A stretch of 64,000 nucleotides of DNA, taken from Pseudomonadota bacterium (GTDB lineage: Bacteria > Pseudomonadota > Gammaproteobacteria > Pseudomonadales > JADFDG01). The notes beneath the pieces were generated by a model. The model did no database searches and was not told the DNA's origin. It was given only the letters and a program-made list of their open reading frames with translations. The stretch's first letter is position 1. Every line of letters starts with the position of its first letter. The translations under genes and the position numbers were made by a program. The stretch lies in contig JBMOOO010000016.1 in NCBI GenBank assembly GCA_049324475.1, forward strand, positions 71,154-135,153, given 5' to 3'. Positions 9,134 to 19,316 of the stretch are shown piece by piece.

Positions 9134-9909
9134 CGGCGCGCCACCAGCACCAGCACCTTCCAGGTGACCGGCAAGCCCTGCGCCTCCCGGCGCTCTTCAT
9201 AAGCCGATACGGCACGCGCCAGCACGCCCTTGCCGGTCAGTCCCGACGGGCGTTGCGGGTGCAGGTTGTGTGCGCCCAGTGTTTTCAGCTCACGCATCAA
9301 GGTCGGCGCATCCGTCACGTACAGGCGCCGCGTGCGCTCCACGATATCCACCTGTGAAAAGCCGGCATCGTCCACCCACTCCGCCAGTTGATCGGCATCC
9401 GCGAACGGATGCACATGCAGACCGGCATCGGCGGCATGCCACGCCGACGACAGTTCCGCCAGCGTGCCGGCACCCGGCATGGACAGCACCAGTTGCCCGT
9501 TCCGGCGCAGCGTGCGACGCATTTCCGCCAGCGCCCGCCCCGGTGCCGGGCACCACTGCAACATGAAATTGCTGAACACCAGCTCGACAGATTTCTCCGC
9601 TACCGGCAACGCCTCGGCATCACCGGTGCTGTACAGAATGCGCGGATGCGGATGATGCGCGCGGGCATGGGCAATCATGCCATCCGCCAGATCCAGTGCC
9701 TGTACCTGCGCCATCGGCAGCCGGCCGGCCAGGGCCACGGTCAATGCACCGCTGCCGCAGCCGACATCCAGTGCCGTCTCCAGCTCCTGCTGCCGCTGGA
9801 TGGACTGCAACAACCAGCTACCAGCCACACGCTGCACGTCGGCCACACTGTCGTAGCGGTCTGCAGCACGGCTGAAACTGCCGGCAATCTGTTGCTTGTC
9901 GAATGCCAC
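9130..9909 (-). CDS. bioC: malonyl-[acp] O-methyltransferase
   Basis: ORF 9130..10254 trimmed to GTG 9909 (M)AFDKQQIAGSFSRAADRYD, which matches the E. coli BioC N-terminus in length. SAM motif LDVGCGSG. An alternative TTG at 9927 overlaps the bioH stop. Confidence 0.88.
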   Translation of the reverse strand: MAFDKQQIAGSFSRAADRYDSVADVQRVAGSWLLQSIQRQQELETALDVGCGSGALTVALAGRLPMAQVQALDLADGMIAHARAHHPHPRILYSTGDAEALPVAEKSVELVFSNFMLQWCPAPGRALAEMRRTLRRNGQLVLSMPGAGTLAELSSAWHAADAGLHVHPFADADQLAEWVDDAGFSQVDIVERTRRLYVTDAPTLMRELKTLGAHNLHPQRPSGLTGKGVLARAVSAYEERREAQGLPVTWKVLVLVARR

Positions 9910-9923
9910 TGCACCGGAACTGT

Positions 9924-10715
9924 TCAAGAATGCGTCTCCAGGAACGGAACGACCGCCGCAGACAAGGCCGGCAGTGCCGCGAAAAAAGGCATGTGGGACA
10001 CACCGGGCAACACCTGCACACCCGCCTGCGGCAGACGACGTGCCACCGCCTCGGAGGCCACAGCGGGCACCAGTGCATCCTGCGCACCGTAAAGCCAGAG
10101 GGACGGGCAACCGATGCCGGACGCGATCTGCTGACGCAGATCCGCCTCGCGCAGGATCGCCAGGCCATCGAGCAGCACATCGCCGCCGGCAGGCGCAGGC
10201 TGCATCGCGCGCAGGCGACGCAGGTCCTCGCGCGCCTGCGCACCGCCCTGGCATTGCAGCGCGAGAAATCGTTCGAACGTGGCCTGCGGATCACGCTCCA
10301 GATCGCGCTCGAAGGCGGCAAAGACTTCCGGCGCCATGGCCGCCGGCCAGCCGCTGCGCTGCACGAACGACAGGTTGGCCGCGATCGTGGTCAGCGTCCG
10401 CACGCGCTGCGGCTCATTGGCGGCTGCGCAGGCAGCCGCCATGCCGCCCAGGGACCAGCCCAGCCAGTGCGCCTGCAGAGGTACGGCATCGAGGATCATC
10501 GCCGTCATGGTTTCCAGCGAGCCGCCGGTGTGCAGGCCGGCATTGACGCCGGTGCCCGGCAGATCGACGCGTGTGACGTGAAAGCGCCGGCACAGTTGCG
10601 GCAGGAAGTCGGCAAAGACATCCGACCCCGTCGCCCAGCCCGGCAGCAACACCAGATCGCTGGCCGCCCCCGGGCGATCGCCGGTACAGGGATGGAATTC
10701 GGTACGGCAATTCAT
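9924..10715 (-). CDS. bioH: pimeloyl-[acp] methyl ester carboxylesterase (alpha/beta hydrolase)
   Basis: Nucleophile elbow LGWSLGG. Sits between bioF and bioC in the operon. Confidence 0.85.
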   Translation of the reverse strand: MNCRTEFHPCTGDRPGAASDLVLLPGWATGSDVFADFLPQLCRRFHVTRVDLPGTGVNAGLHTGGSLETMTAMILDAVPLQAHWLGWSLGGMAAACAAANEPQRVRTLTTIAANLSFVQRSGWPAAMAPEVFAAFERDLERDPQATFERFLALQCQGGAQAREDLRRLRAMQPAPAGGDVLLDGLAILREADLRQQIASGIGCPSLWLYGAQDALVPAVASEAVARRLPQAGVQVLPGVSHMPFFAALPALSAAVVPFLETHS

Positions 10716-10727
10716 GTCGGCGCGGGC

Positions 10728-11909
10728 TCAGGGGCGGGCAAAGCGTGGCGCCAGAGTATCCAGCACCGCCAGCAACGCATCCACCTGTGCATCCTCATGT
10801 GCCGCGGAAAAGGTGAAACGCAGCCGCGCACTGCCTTCGGGTACCGTCGGCGGACGAATGGCGCTCACCAGCACGCCGTGATCGCGCAACGCGTTGCTGA
10901 AGTCGACCGCCCGCCGCGCATCGCCCGACAGCACCGGCTGGATCGGCGTTTCCGACGGCAGCAGCGTGTAGCCAAGCTGCAGCGCGCCCGCACGGAAACG
11001 CGCGATGTGCGCACGCAGGCGTTCCCGGCGCCATTCCTCGCGCTGCGCCAGCGCCAGGCTCGCCAGGGTGGCTTCGGCCACCGCCGCCGGCATGGCCGTG
11101 GTGTAGATGTAGGGACGCGCGAACTGCACCAGATACTCGATCAGGTTTTCACTGCCGGCCACGAAAGCACCGGCCGTTCCCAGCGCCTTGCCCAGCGTAC
11201 CCACCAGCACCGGCACGTCTTCCGTGCCCAGGCCGGCCGCGGCCACGGAGCCACGCCCTTCCGGGCCACACACGCCGATGCCGTGCGCGTCATCCACCAT
11301 CAGCCAGGCCTGGCGGTCGCGGCAAAGCCGCGCCAGCGCGGACAGCGGTGCAATATCGCCGTCCATGCTGAACACGCCGTCGGTGACCACAAGGCGGCGG
11401 CGCGCCTTGTTCAGATCGAGCCGGGCCTGCAGGCTCTCGACATCGCCGTGCAGGTAACGCTGGAAGCGCGCACCCGCGAGCAGGCCGGCATCCAGCAGCG
11501 AAGCATGGTTCAGCCGGTCCTCGAACACGGCATCCTTGTCCGAGCACAGTGCGGCAATCGTGCCGAGATTGGCCATGTAACCCGTGGAGAACAGCAGCGC
11601 GCGCGGCCGGCCGGTGAAAGCCGCCAACGCTTCTTCCAGTGCGTGGTGGGCCTGCGTGTGGCCGGCCACCAGATGTGATGCTCCGCTGCCGCAGCCATGG
11701 CGATCGACGCCGCGGCGAAAGGCAGCCGCCACTTCCGGATGCGCCGCCAGGCCAAGGTAATCGTTGCTGCAGAAATTCAGCAGGGTACGGCCGTCAATCC
11801 GCGCGGTGGCACCGCAGGGCGCCTGCTGTATCTGCCGTGTCCGGTACAGCCCGGCGTCGCGCCGGGCCGCCAGATCGGCAGCGATCCCGTCCGCGAAGGG
11901 ATCAGCCAC
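10728..11909 (-). CDS. bioF: 8-amino-7-oxononanoate synthase
   Basis: GTG start 11909 overlaps the end of bio[15 protein letters not shown]-lysine region GTLGKALG. Confidence 0.95.
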   Translation of the reverse strand: MADPFADGIAADLAARRDAGLYRTRQIQQAPCGATARIDGRTLLNFCSNDYLGLAAHPEVAAAFRRGVDRHGCGSGASHLVAGHTQAHHALEEALAAFTGRPRALLFSTGYMANLGTIAALCSDKDAVFEDRLNHASLLDAGLLAGARFQRYLHGDVESLQARLDLNKARRRLVVTDGVFSMDGDIAPLSALARLCRDRQAWLMVDDAHGIGVCGPEGRGSVAAAGLGTEDVPVLVGTLGKALGTAGAFVAGSENLIEYLVQFARPYIYTTAMPAAVAEATLASLALAQREEWRRERLRAHIARFRAGALQLGYTLLPSETPIQPVLSGDARRAVDFSNALRDHGVLVSAIRPPTVPEGSARLRFTFSAAHEDAQVDALLAVLDTLAPRFARP

Positions 11910-13089
11910 AGCCGCCGCCGCAGGAAGAACGCTCCGCCTTCGGCAACACGGCCTTCGGCGCGCGCCTGCCGGCTGCAGCGCTGCTTTTCATGGCGTCGTA
12001 ATACAGGCCCGCCTGTTCACCCCGGGCAGCTGCCATCTGCATCTGCAAGGCAGCCGCGGTTGCCTCGTCACCGGCTGCCGACTCGCTGCCCAGCGGTCGG
12101 ATGCCCAGCCGCGCGAACAGCAGCTGGTCGTCGCTCATTTCCGGATTCGAGGTGGTCAGCAGGCGGCTGCCGTAGAAGATCGAGTTGGCACCGGCCAGGA
12201 AACACAACGCCTGGATGCCGTCGTCCATTTCCTCGCGGCCGGCCGACAGACGCACGAAGGATGCCGGCATCAGGATGCGCGCCACGGCGATGGTGCGCAC
12301 GAATTCGAAATGATCGAGATCCTCGACGCCTTCCAGCGGCGTGCCGGCGATCTTCACCAGCATGTTGACCGGTACCGATTCCGGATGCACCGGCAGGTTG
12401 GCCAGCGACTGCAGCAGCCCGATGCGATCCTTGCGCGTTTCGCCCATTCCGATGATGCCGCCGGCGCAGACTTTCATGCCGGCAGCACGCACGTGCTCCA
12501 GCGTGTCGAGCCGGTCCTGGTAGGTGCGCGTGGTGATGATCTGGTTGTAGTACTCGGGCGAGGTGTCGAGATTGTGGTTGTAGTAGTCCAGACCGGCTGC
12601 GGCCAGTGCCTGCGACTGCTCCGCCGACAGCATGCCCAGCGTCATGCAGGTCTCCAGGCCGAGCGCTTTCACCTGCTTCACCATTTCCAGCACGTAGGGC
12701 ATGTCCTTCTCGCGCGGACTGCGCCAGGCGGCGCCCATGCAGAAACGCGATGAACCACCCTCCTTCGCCGCCTTCGCCTCGGCGACGACCTTTTCGATCT
12801 CGAGCAGCTTTTCCTTCTCCAGGCCGGTGTTGTAATGGCCGGACTGCGAGCAGTACTTGCAGTCTTCCGGGCAGGCACCGGTCTTGATCGACAGCAGCGT
12901 CGACACCTGCACCGCGTTCGGATCGAAGTGCGCACGGTGCACCGTCTGCGCCCGGAACAGCAGGTCGTTGAACGGCAGCCGGAACAGCGCCTCGATCTCG
13001 CCGCGCGACCAGTCGTGCCGCAGACCGTCGTCATGGCCTACAGGCGGGCGGGCAACAGTCGGCTTCAGGGCATCGGGTGACAGGGCCAT
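11902..13089 (-). CDS. bioB: biotin synthase (radical SAM)
   Basis: ORF start 13098 is TTG; the first ATG is 13089 (MALSPD..., GGAGA upstream). Radical-SAM [10 protein letters not shown]. About 28-aa C-terminal extension ending SSCGGGCG. Confidence 0.95.
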   Translation of the reverse strand: MALSPDALKPTVARPPVGHDDGLRHDWSRGEIEALFRLPFNDLLFRAQTVHRAHFDPNAVQVSTLLSIKTGACPEDCKYCSQSGHYNTGLEKEKLLEIEKVVAEAKAAKEGGSSRFCMGAAWRSPREKDMPYVLEMVKQVKALGLETCMTLGMLSAEQSQALAAAGLDYYNHNLDTSPEYYNQIITTRTYQDRLDTLEHVRAAGMKVCAGGIIGMGETRKDRIGLLQSLANLPVHPESVPVNMLVKIAGTPLEGVEDLDHFEFVRTIAVARILMPASFVRLSAGREEMDDGIQALCFLAGANSIFYGSRLLTTSNPEMSDDQLLFARLGIRPLGSESAAGDEATAAALQMQMAAARGEQAGLYYDAMKSSAAAGRRAPKAVLPKAERSSCGGGCG

Positions 13090-13118
13090 GCTGGGCAATC
13101 TCCGGACGATATCGGGAA

Positions 13119-13153
13119 CCCGGCCATGGTAGGCCGGGACGGGCCGCAGTCAA
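13119..13153 (-). promoter_or_regulatory. putative bioB promoter (TTGACT-16-TACCAT) with 7-bp inverted repeat flanking the -10
   Basis: On the minus strand, -35 TTGACT (13153-13148) and -10 TACCAT (13131-13126). CCCGGCC (13119-13125) and GGCCGGG (13132-13138) bracket the -10 hexamer exactly. Confidence 0.4.
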
Positions 13154-13171
13154 TCCACGCAGTGTCAGGCA

Positions 13172-13795
13172 ATGAACATCTGGTCATTATTTGATCCGTT
13201 CCGGCCCGACTGCCTGATCTGCGGGCTGCCGACCCGGCAGCGCGATCGCCCCTGCCCGGGCTGCCGGTACGACCTGCCCCGCCTCCCTGCCGGCCTGCCG
13301 CAGCTGGCCGGGCCGGACCATGTCCTGGCGGCCTGCGCCTATGCCTTTCCCGTCGACCGGCTGATCCTGCAGCTGAAATTCGGCGGCCGGCTGCCCGTGG
13401 CCCGGACCCTGGGGCTGTTGCTGGCCGATGCGGCCCGGCATGCCGACCGACCGGACCTGCTGCTGCCGGTGCCGCTGCATCCGTCCCGGGAACGCGAACG
13501 CGGTTTCAACCAGGCACAGGCCATCGCGCAGGTGGCCGGACGCGAACTCGGTATTCCCGTGCAACCCCGCGCCCTGCAGCGACTGCGCGCAACACCGGCC
13601 CAGTCCGGGCTCGACCTTGAACATCGCCGCTGCAATCTGCGCGGCGCCTTTGCCGTCGGCATGCCACTGCCGGCACACGTTGCCCTGATCGACGATGTCA
13701 TCACCACCGGCAGCACCGCCCGGGAACTGGCCGGGTTGCTGCACGGCCATGGCGTGCGGCGGGTGGCCGTCTGGGCGGTTGCACGCACGCTGTAG
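13172..13795 (+). CDS. comF: ComF family protein (amidophosphoribosyltransferase-like)
   Basis: N-terminal Cys pairs CLICG...CPGC. PRTase motif VALIDDVITTGST. Divergent from bioB, as in many gammaproteobacteria. Confidence 0.85.
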   Translation: MNIWSLFDPFRPDCLICGLPTRQRDRPCPGCRYDLPRLPAGLPQLAGPDHVLAACAYAFPVDRLILQLKFGGRLPVARTLGLLLADAARHADRPDLLLPVPLHPSRERERGFNQAQAIAQVAGRELGIPVQPRALQRLRATPAQSGLDLEHRRCNLRGAFAVGMPLPAHVALIDDVITTGSTARELAGLLHGHGVRRVAVWAVARTL

Positions 13796-13817
13796 CCGCG
13801 CGGCCGCAACACGCATA

Positions 13818-14831
13818 ATGGCGCGCCCGCCGCCGCTGCCCGGACATCGCGTGAACATTCTCGACTACGCACAGCTTTCACCGGATACCGTCATCGATGC
13901 CGTCGAAGCCACCGGCCGCATCAGCGATGCGCGCGTGCTCGCCCTCAACAGCTACGAGAACCGCGTGTACCAGGTCGGCATCGAGGACGACACGCCGGTG
14001 ATCGTGAAGTTCTATCGCCCGAACCGCTGGAGCGACGCGCAGATCCGGGAGGAACACACCTTCTCCCGCGAACTGGCGGACGCCGAACTGCCGGTGGTGG
14101 CCCCGATCGTCGGCGACGATGGCGAAACCCTCTTCACGCATGCCGGATACCGTTACGCGATGTTCCTGCGCAAGGGCGGGCAGGCGCCGGAGCCCGGCAA
14201 CCACGAGCAGCTGAACCGGCTGGGCACCCTGCTCGGGCGCATCCATGCGGTCGCCCGGACGAAACCGTTCGTGCACCGGCCGGCACTGGACATCACCCGC
14301 TTCCTCGACCGCCCTTCCCGGCTGTTGCGCGAGCGCGGCTTTGTGCCACCGGCACTGTCAGCACGCTACGCGCAACTGATCGACGGCCTGCGCGCCGACA
14401 TCTCGCCGCTTTTCAGCGGCGACATCGCCTGGATACGCACCCAGGGCGACTGCCACCCGGGCAACATCGTCTGGACACGGGACCAGGGGCCCTGGTTTGT
14501 CGACTTTGATGACGCACAGTCGGCACCGGCCGTGCAGGACCTGTGGATGCTGCTGGCCGGCGACCGGCACGAACGCGAACTCGCGCTGGCCGAGCTGCTG
14601 GACGGCTACGAGTCGTTCTGCGAGTTCAATACACGCGAACTGCAACTGATCGAGGCACTGCGGGCCCTGCGCCTGGTACACCACGCCGGCTGGATCGCGG
14701 AGCGCTGGGAGGACCCGGCCTTCCCGCGGGCCTTCCCCTGGTTCAACACCCCGCGCTGGTGGCAGTCCCATCTGGCCGAGCTGGACGAGCAGCGGCAGAT
14801 GCTGAACGAAGCGCCCCTGCGGCGGCTGTAG
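13818..14831 (+). CDS. srkA: stress-response serine/threonine kinase SrkA (YihE/RdoA family)
   Basis: LNSYENRVYQV, VKFYRPNRWS, GDCHPGNIVW, DFDDAQSAPAVQDLWML. Start is uncertain: ATG 13818 or GTG 13851, the latter closer to the E. coli N-terminus. Confidence 0.85.
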   Translation: MARPPPLPGHRVNILDYAQLSPDTVIDAVEATGRISDARVLALNSYENRVYQVGIEDDTPVIVKFYRPNRWSDAQIREEHTFSRELADAELPVVAPIVGDDGETLFTHAGYRYAMFLRKGGQAPEPGNHEQLNRLGTLLGRIHAVARTKPFVHRPALDITRFLDRPSRLLRERGFVPPALSARYAQLIDGLRADISPLFSGDIAWIRTQGDCHPGNIVWTRDQGPWFVDFDDAQSAPAVQDLWMLLAGDRHERELALAELLDGYESFCEFNTRELQLIEALRALRLVHHAGWIAERWEDPAFPRAFPWFNTPRWWQSHLAELDEQRQMLNEAPLRRL

Positions 14832-14892
14832 CCCCCGGCCGGGCCCGACCGGCAGGCCGTCGGTCCCGCCGCATGCAACGCGGGGATGTCGC

Positions 14893-14898
14893 TAGAAT
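14893..14898 (+). promoter_or_regulatory. possible -10 element TAGAAT for the following monocistronic gene
   Basis: TAGAAT lies 40 nt upstream of ATG 14938 and is followed by a GC-rich discriminator GCGCGGGCC. No good -35. Confidence 0.3.
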
Positions 14899-14937
14899 GC
14901 GCGGGCCGTGCAAACGGAAAGGACACAGGAGCCTGTC

Positions 14938-15459
14938 ATGAAGATCCGCCATGCCGTCATCGCCTTCGTTGCCGCTTTCGCAGCCCTGACCGGCGACCTT
15001 GCCGCCGCCGCCGACCGTTACGAAGGGGTCAACCTGATCCGGGGTACGGTCTACTCCGTCGGCCGCGCCGATCCCCGGGGTGAAGCCGGCTCCGACAATT
15101 TCGAGACCGGCATCTTCGTGGACGCCAACTACACCAGCGTCGCCTTCAATGTCGGCATCGGCGCCAAGGACTTCACCGGCGAGCAGGTGGCCAACGTCTA
15201 CGCCGGCATCGGCTTCGGGCGGATCATCCAGCTGCAGCTGGGCGCCGGTACGGAAGGCACCCTGGGCCGGGTCCGCACCGACCTCAACTTCCGCTCCATC
15301 TACAACTTCGTGACCCAGACCCGGCAACCGCGCCGGGAAAAGACCCTTGCCGACCGGGTCACCTTCACCTACGCCGTGGAGCGCTACAACGACAGCGACA
15401 GCGAGATCTTCGACAACGGCACCATCGGCATCGGGGTCCTGTACGAAGGGCCCTTCTGA
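14938..15459 (+). CDS. hypothetical secreted protein, possible small OM beta-barrel
   Basis: ORF 14908..15459 trimmed to ATG 14938 (AGGAG RBS). Signal peptide MKIRHAVIAFVAAFAALTGDLAAAA. Gly/aromatic-rich strands and a C-terminal ...LYEGPF. Has its own terminator. Confidence 0.6.
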   Translation: MKIRHAVIAFVAAFAALTGDLAAAADRYEGVNLIRGTVYSVGRADPRGEAGSDNFETGIFVDANYTSVAFNVGIGAKDFTGEQVANVYAGIGFGRIIQLQLGAGTEGTLGRVRTDLNFRSIYNFVTQTRQPRREKTLADRVTFTYAVERYNDSDSEIFDNGTIGIGVLYEGPF

Positions 15460-15492
15460 ACGGCGCCCCTCGGGGCACCCCTGCGATACCGG

Positions 15493-15519
15493 AGCCCGCC
15501 CTGTGCGGGCTTTCTTTTT
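15493..15519 (+). terminator. rho-independent terminator
   Basis: Stem agcccgc / gcgggct with 5-nt loop, followed by tttcttttt. Confidence 0.8.
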
Positions 15520-15556
15520 ATAGATTTTATCTATCGAAATAATCAGATAGATAAAC
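15520..15556 (+). promoter_or_regulatory. putative OxyR binding site upstream of ahpC
   Basis: Perfect ATAG-N7-CTAT dyad ATAGATTTTATCTAT (15520-15534), followed by a second ATAG-containing half (..CAGATAGATAAAC). AT-rich island in otherwise GC-rich DNA, about 95 nt upstream of the ahpC ATG. Confidence 0.45.
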
Positions 15557-15650
15557 TTCAACAATCCATGTGATCCGACGACGATGCCACCGCACCGCCG
15601 GCCCACGCTGCCGTGGCCGGTCCGGTCGATCCCGTCACCCTGGAGGTCAC

Positions 15651-16214
15651 ATGTCCCTGATCAATACCGTCATCAAGCCGTTCAAGGCCAACACCTACCA
15701 CAACGGAAAGTTCGGCACCGTCACCGACGCCGACCTGAAAGGCAAATGGTCCGTGCTCGTCTTCTATCCGGCCGACTTCACTTTCGTGTGCCCGACCGAA
15801 CTGGGTGACGTCGCCGACCTCTATCCCGAGTTCCAGAAACTGGGCGTGGAAATCTACAGCGTGTCCACCGACACCCACTTCACGCACAAGGCGTGGCACG
15901 ACGCCTCCGACACCATCAAGAAAATCCGGTATCCGATGGTCGCCGACCCGACCGGCGTCATCAGCCGCAACTTCGGCGTGATGATCGAGGAAGAAGGCCT
16001 GGCGTTGCGCGGCACCTTCGTAATCAATCCGGAAGGCGTGATCAAGGTCTGCGAAATCCACGACCTCGGCATCGGCCGTGACGCCGGCGAACTGCTGCGC
16101 AAGGTGAAAGCCGCGCAATACGTTGCCTCGCACCCGGGCGAAGTCTGCCCGGCCAAATGGAAGGAAGGCGAGAAAACCCTGAAGCCGTCGCTGGAACTGG
16201 TCGGCAAGATCTGA
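15651..16214 (+). CDS. ahpC: alkyl hydroperoxide reductase subunit C (2-Cys peroxiredoxin)
   Basis: ORF trimmed to ATG 15651 (TGGAGG RBS). [12 protein letters not shown]..., [14 protein letters not shown], resolving Cys in GEVCPAKW. Confidence 0.97.
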   Translation: MSLINTVIKPFKANTYHNGKFGTVTDADLKGKWSVLVFYPADFTFVCPTELGDVADLYPEFQKLGVEIYSVSTDTHFTHKAWHDASDTIKKIRYPMVADPTGVISRNFGVMIEEEGLALRGTFVINPEGVIKVCEIHDLGIGRDAGELLRKVKAAQYVASHPGEVCPAKWKEGEKTLKPSLELVGKI

Positions 16215-16236
16215 GATCGCAGCTCCGTACACCGGC

Positions 16237-16277
16237 ACCCGCAGGAACGATCGGCCCTGAAAGGCCATCCTGCGGGT
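16237..16277 (+). terminator. ahpC-ahpF intergenic hairpin (possible attenuator or partial terminator)
   Basis: 10-bp stem acccgcagga / tcctgcgggt with an inner ggcc...ggcc pair. Weak T tract, so probably only partial termination. Confidence 0.4.
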
Positions 16278-16308
16278 CCGTTCCCGAATTCATGCCATGG
16301 AGAACGCC

Positions 16309-17898
16309 ATGCTCGACACCGAACTGAAAGAGCAACTGCAAGGATATCTGCAGCGCCTGACGCTGCCGGTGGAGCTGGTTGCCTCGCTGGACGACAGTGC
16401 CGCGGCCGGCGAGATGAAATCCCTGCTGGAGGACATCGCCAGGCTGTCGCCGCTGGTGACGCTGAGTGCCGCAGCCGGCACCGCCGCACGCAAGCCGTCC
16501 TTCATCGTCCGCCGTACCGGCACTGACGTTCAGACCGAGTTTGCCGGCATCCCCGGCGGACACGAATTCACCTCGCTGGTACTGGCTCTCCTGCAGACCG
16601 GCGGGTACCCGCCGAAGATCGATCCGGAAGCCGTCGCGCAGATCCGGGCGCTGGAAGGCGAGTACCACTTCGAGACCTTCATCTCGTTGAGCTGCCATAA
16701 CTGCCCGGACGTGGTGCAGGCACTGAATGCGATGTCGGTGCTCAATCCACGCATCCGTCATGTGATGATCGACGGCGCCCTTTTCCGGAAGGAAGTCGAG
16801 GAACGACGGATCATGGGTGTCCCTGCGGTGTTCCTGAATGGCCAGCCGTTCGGCAACGGCCGCATGACGCTGGAAGAGATCCTGGCGAAGATCGACACCG
16901 GCGCGGCGCAACGCGATGCCGCGAAACTGGCCCGGAAGGAAGCCTTCGACGTGCTGGTGGTGGGTGGCGGCCCGGCCGGTGCGGCGGCAGCGATCTATGC
17001 CGCCCGCAAGGGCATCCGCACCGGCGTTGCCGCCGGGCGTTTCGGTGGCCAGGTCCTGGACACGCTCGGCATCGAGAACTTCATTTCCGTGAAGGAAACC
17101 GAAGGCCCGCAAATGGCCGCGGCACTGGAAGAGCATGTGCGTCATTACGGCGTCGACATCATGAACGGCCAGCGCGCCACCGGTCTGGTTCCGGCCGATC
17201 GCACCGATGACGGCCTGATACACGTCACACTCGACAACGGCGCCACACTGCGCAGTCGTTCCGTGGTGCTGTCGACCGGCGCCCGCTGGCGCGACATGAA
17301 CGTGCCCGGCGAGAAGGAATACCGCACGAAGGGTGTAGCCTATTGCCCGCACTGCGATGGCCCGTTGTTCAAGGGCAAGAAAGTCGCCGTGATCGGCGGT
17401 GGCAATTCCGGCGTGGAAGCCGCCATCGACCTGGCCGGGATCGTCGAACACGTGACCGTGCTGGAATTCGACAGCAAGCTGCGTGCGGATGCCGTATTGC
17501 AGAAAAAGCTGTACAGCCTGCCGAACGTGCGCGTGATCCTGTCTGCCCAGACCACGGAAGTCACCGGCGACGGCCACAGCATGAATGGCCTGGTATACAA
17601 GGACCGCGTCAGCGGCGACGTGCATCGACTGGAGCTGGCCGGCGTGTTCGTGCAGATCGGCCTGATACCGAACACGGACTGGCTGAAGGGCACGGTCGAG
17701 CTGAGCCAGCGCGGCGAGATCCTCGTGAACGAACGCGGCGAAACCAGCCTGCCGGGCGTGCTGGCCGCGGGCGACTGCACCACGGCGCCGTACAAGCAGA
17801 TCATCATTGCCATGGGTTCGGGCGCCACGGCCGCCCTGTCGGCCTTCGACCATCTGATCCGTACACCGGCACCGCAGGCGCAGGAACAGGCCGCCTGA
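16309..17898 (+). CDS. ahpF: alkyl hydroperoxide reductase subunit F
   Basis: Start taken as ATG 16309 ([14 protein letters not shown], like E. coli AhpF; GGAG 6 nt upstream). ATG 16297 is an alternative. CHNCPD, GGGPAG and CPHCDG motifs. Confidence 0.95.
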   Translation: MLDTELKEQLQGYLQRLTLPVELVASLDDSAAAGEMKSLLEDIARLSPLVTLSAAAGTAARKPSFIVRRTGTDVQTEFAGIPGGHEFTSLVLALLQTGGYPPKIDPEAVAQIRALEGEYHFETFISLSCHNCPDVVQALNAMSVLNPRIRHVMIDGALFRKEVEERRIMGVPAVFLNGQPFGNGRMTLEEILAKIDTGAAQRDAAKLARKEAFDVLVVGGGPAGAAAAIYAARKGIRTGVAAGRFGGQVLDTLGIENFISVKETEGPQMAAALEEHVRHYGVDIMNGQRATGLVPADRTDDGLIHVTLDNGATLRSRSVVLSTGARWRDMNVPGEKEYRTKGVAYCPHCDGPLFKGKKVAVIGGGNSGVEAAIDLAGIVEHVTVLEFDSKLRADAVLQKKLYSLPNVRVILSAQTTEVTGDGHSMNGLVYKDRVSGDVHRLELAGVFVQIGLIPNTDWLKGTVELSQRGEILVNERGETSLPGVLAAGDCTTAPYKQIIIAMGSGATAALSAFDHLIRTPAPQAQEQAA

Positions 17899-17992
17899 CG
17901 GAACCGCTCAGCGGATTGCGCAGGGCGGTTAGTGACTTCGGCAGGCACCGGCCTACTGTAGGGGCGCCCCCACAGCAGGCCGGAGTCCCGTC

Positions 17993-19234
17993 ATGATCGA
18001 ATGGTCCGAATCCCAGCGCATGATCCAGAAGATGGTGCGCGATTTCGTCGAGAAGGAAATCGTTCCGCAACTGGATGCCATCGAGTACGAGGGCGTACCG
18101 CCCTATGACGTACTGCGCAAGATGCTGAAGACTTTCGGCATGGATGCGATGGCAAAGATGGAATTCGACAAGCAGATCGCACGCGCTGAGGCCGAGGCCC
18201 GCGGCGAAGTAAAAGAGAAAAAGGAGCGGGCGGAAGGATTCAACGCCATGGCGGCTGAAGAAGCCGCCATGCGCATGATCCCGATCATCGAGATCTGCCG
18301 CCACGCCCAGGGACTGGTCACGGCCATGGGCGTGTCGGTCGGCCTCGGCGGCGGCGCCATCATGAGCAAAGGCACCATCGAGCAGAAAAAGCGCTGGGCG
18401 CTGCCGCTGCTCACCATGGAAAAGATCGGTGCCTGGGCCATCTCCGAACCCAATTCCGGCTCTGACGCTTTCGGCCAGATGAAAACTGTCGCACGCCGCG
18501 ATGGCAAGGGCGGCTACATCATCAACGGCGCCAAGACCTGGATCACCAACGGCCCCTACGCAGACACCATCGTGCTGATCTGCAAGCTCGACGAGCCGGG
18601 CGTGGATCCGAAGGACCGCAAGATCGTCTCGTTCATCCTCGACAAGGGCATGCCCGGTCTGGAGCAGAGCAAGCCGTTCAAGAAGATGGGCATCGGCTCC
18701 TCACCCACCGGCGAGCTGTTCCTCACCGACGTGCATTGCGGCCCCGAGCGCCTGATGGGCGGCAGCGAGGATGGTTACGGCCGTTCCGGCGCCAAGGGCA
18801 CCTTCATGCAGGAACGTGCCGGCGTCGCCGCGATGGCGCTGGGCATCGTGTCCCGCGCCCAGGAAATGTCGATCGAATACGCGAAACAGCGCGTGCAGTT
18901 CGGCAAGCCGATCGGCGACAACCAGCTGATCCAGCTGAAACTGGCGAAGATGGAAGTGGTGCGCAGCAACCTGCAGAACATGGTTTTCCGCTACATCGAG
19001 CTGGTCGGCCACGGCAAGCAGATGACCCTGGCCGAGGCCAGCGCCATGAAGCTCTATGCCGCCCAGGCCTGCATGGAAGTGACCACGGAAGCCGTACAGG
19101 TATTTGGCGGCATGGGCTACATGCGTGAAGCCCGGGTCGAACAGCTGATGCGCGACTCGAAGATCCTGCAAATCTACGCAGGCACGGACGAAATGCAGGT
19201 GATCGCCATCGCGAAGGACCTGCTGTCCCGCTGA
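17993..19234 (+). CDS. acyl-CoA dehydrogenase family protein
   Basis: 413 aa. ACAD motifs include ISEPNSGSDA, TWITNG and QVFGGMGYMREARVEQLMRDSKILQIYAGTDEMQ. Confidence 0.9.
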   Translation: MIEWSESQRMIQKMVRDFVEKEIVPQLDAIEYEGVPPYDVLRKMLKTFGMDAMAKMEFDKQIARAEAEARGEVKEKKERAEGFNAMAAEEAAMRMIPIIEICRHAQGLVTAMGVSVGLGGGAIMSKGTIEQKKRWALPLLTMEKIGAWAISEPNSGSDAFGQMKTVARRDGKGGYIINGAKTWITNGPYADTIVLICKLDEPGVDPKDRKIVSFILDKGMPGLEQSKPFKKMGIGSSPTGELFLTDVHCGPERLMGGSEDGYGRSGAKGTFMQERAGVAAMALGIVSRAQEMSIEYAKQRVQFGKPIGDNQLIQLKLAKMEVVRSNLQNMVFRYIELVGHGKQMTLAEASAMKLYAAQACMEVTTEAVQVFGGMGYMREARVEQLMRDSKILQIYAGTDEMQVIAIAKDLLSR

Positions 19235-19268
19235 CAACGCGTCACTTTTCATCCGCCGCACGTTCCGG

Positions 19269-19316
19269 AAGCCGCGAATTCCTGCACTCGCAATGCAGGA
19301 ATTCGCGGCTTTTTTG
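19269..19316 (+). terminator. strong rho-independent terminator
   Basis: 18-bp perfect stem aagccgcgaattcctgca / tgcaggaattcgcggctt, 7-nt loop, T-run tttttt. Confidence 0.9.

Noticed and set aside
9903-11678. 591-aa + strand ORF across the bio operon
   Set aside because: It is antisense to bioC, bioH and bioF, which are all confidently identified on the minus strand.
13090-13171. Search for an E. coli-type BirA operator (long TTGTAAACC-type palindrome) upstream of bioB
   Set aside because: No such sequence is present. Only the short CCCGGCC/GGCCGGG dyad was found, and it is reported separately as tentative.
16042-17853. 603-aa minus-strand ORF
   Set aside because: It is antisense to ahpF and the end of ahpC. 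Shadow frame.
19269-19311. 18-bp perfect palindrome containing EcoRI sites as a possible REP/MITE-like element
   Set aside because: It occurs once in the window, sits directly after a stop codon and is followed by a T-run. That is fully explained as an intrinsic terminator.
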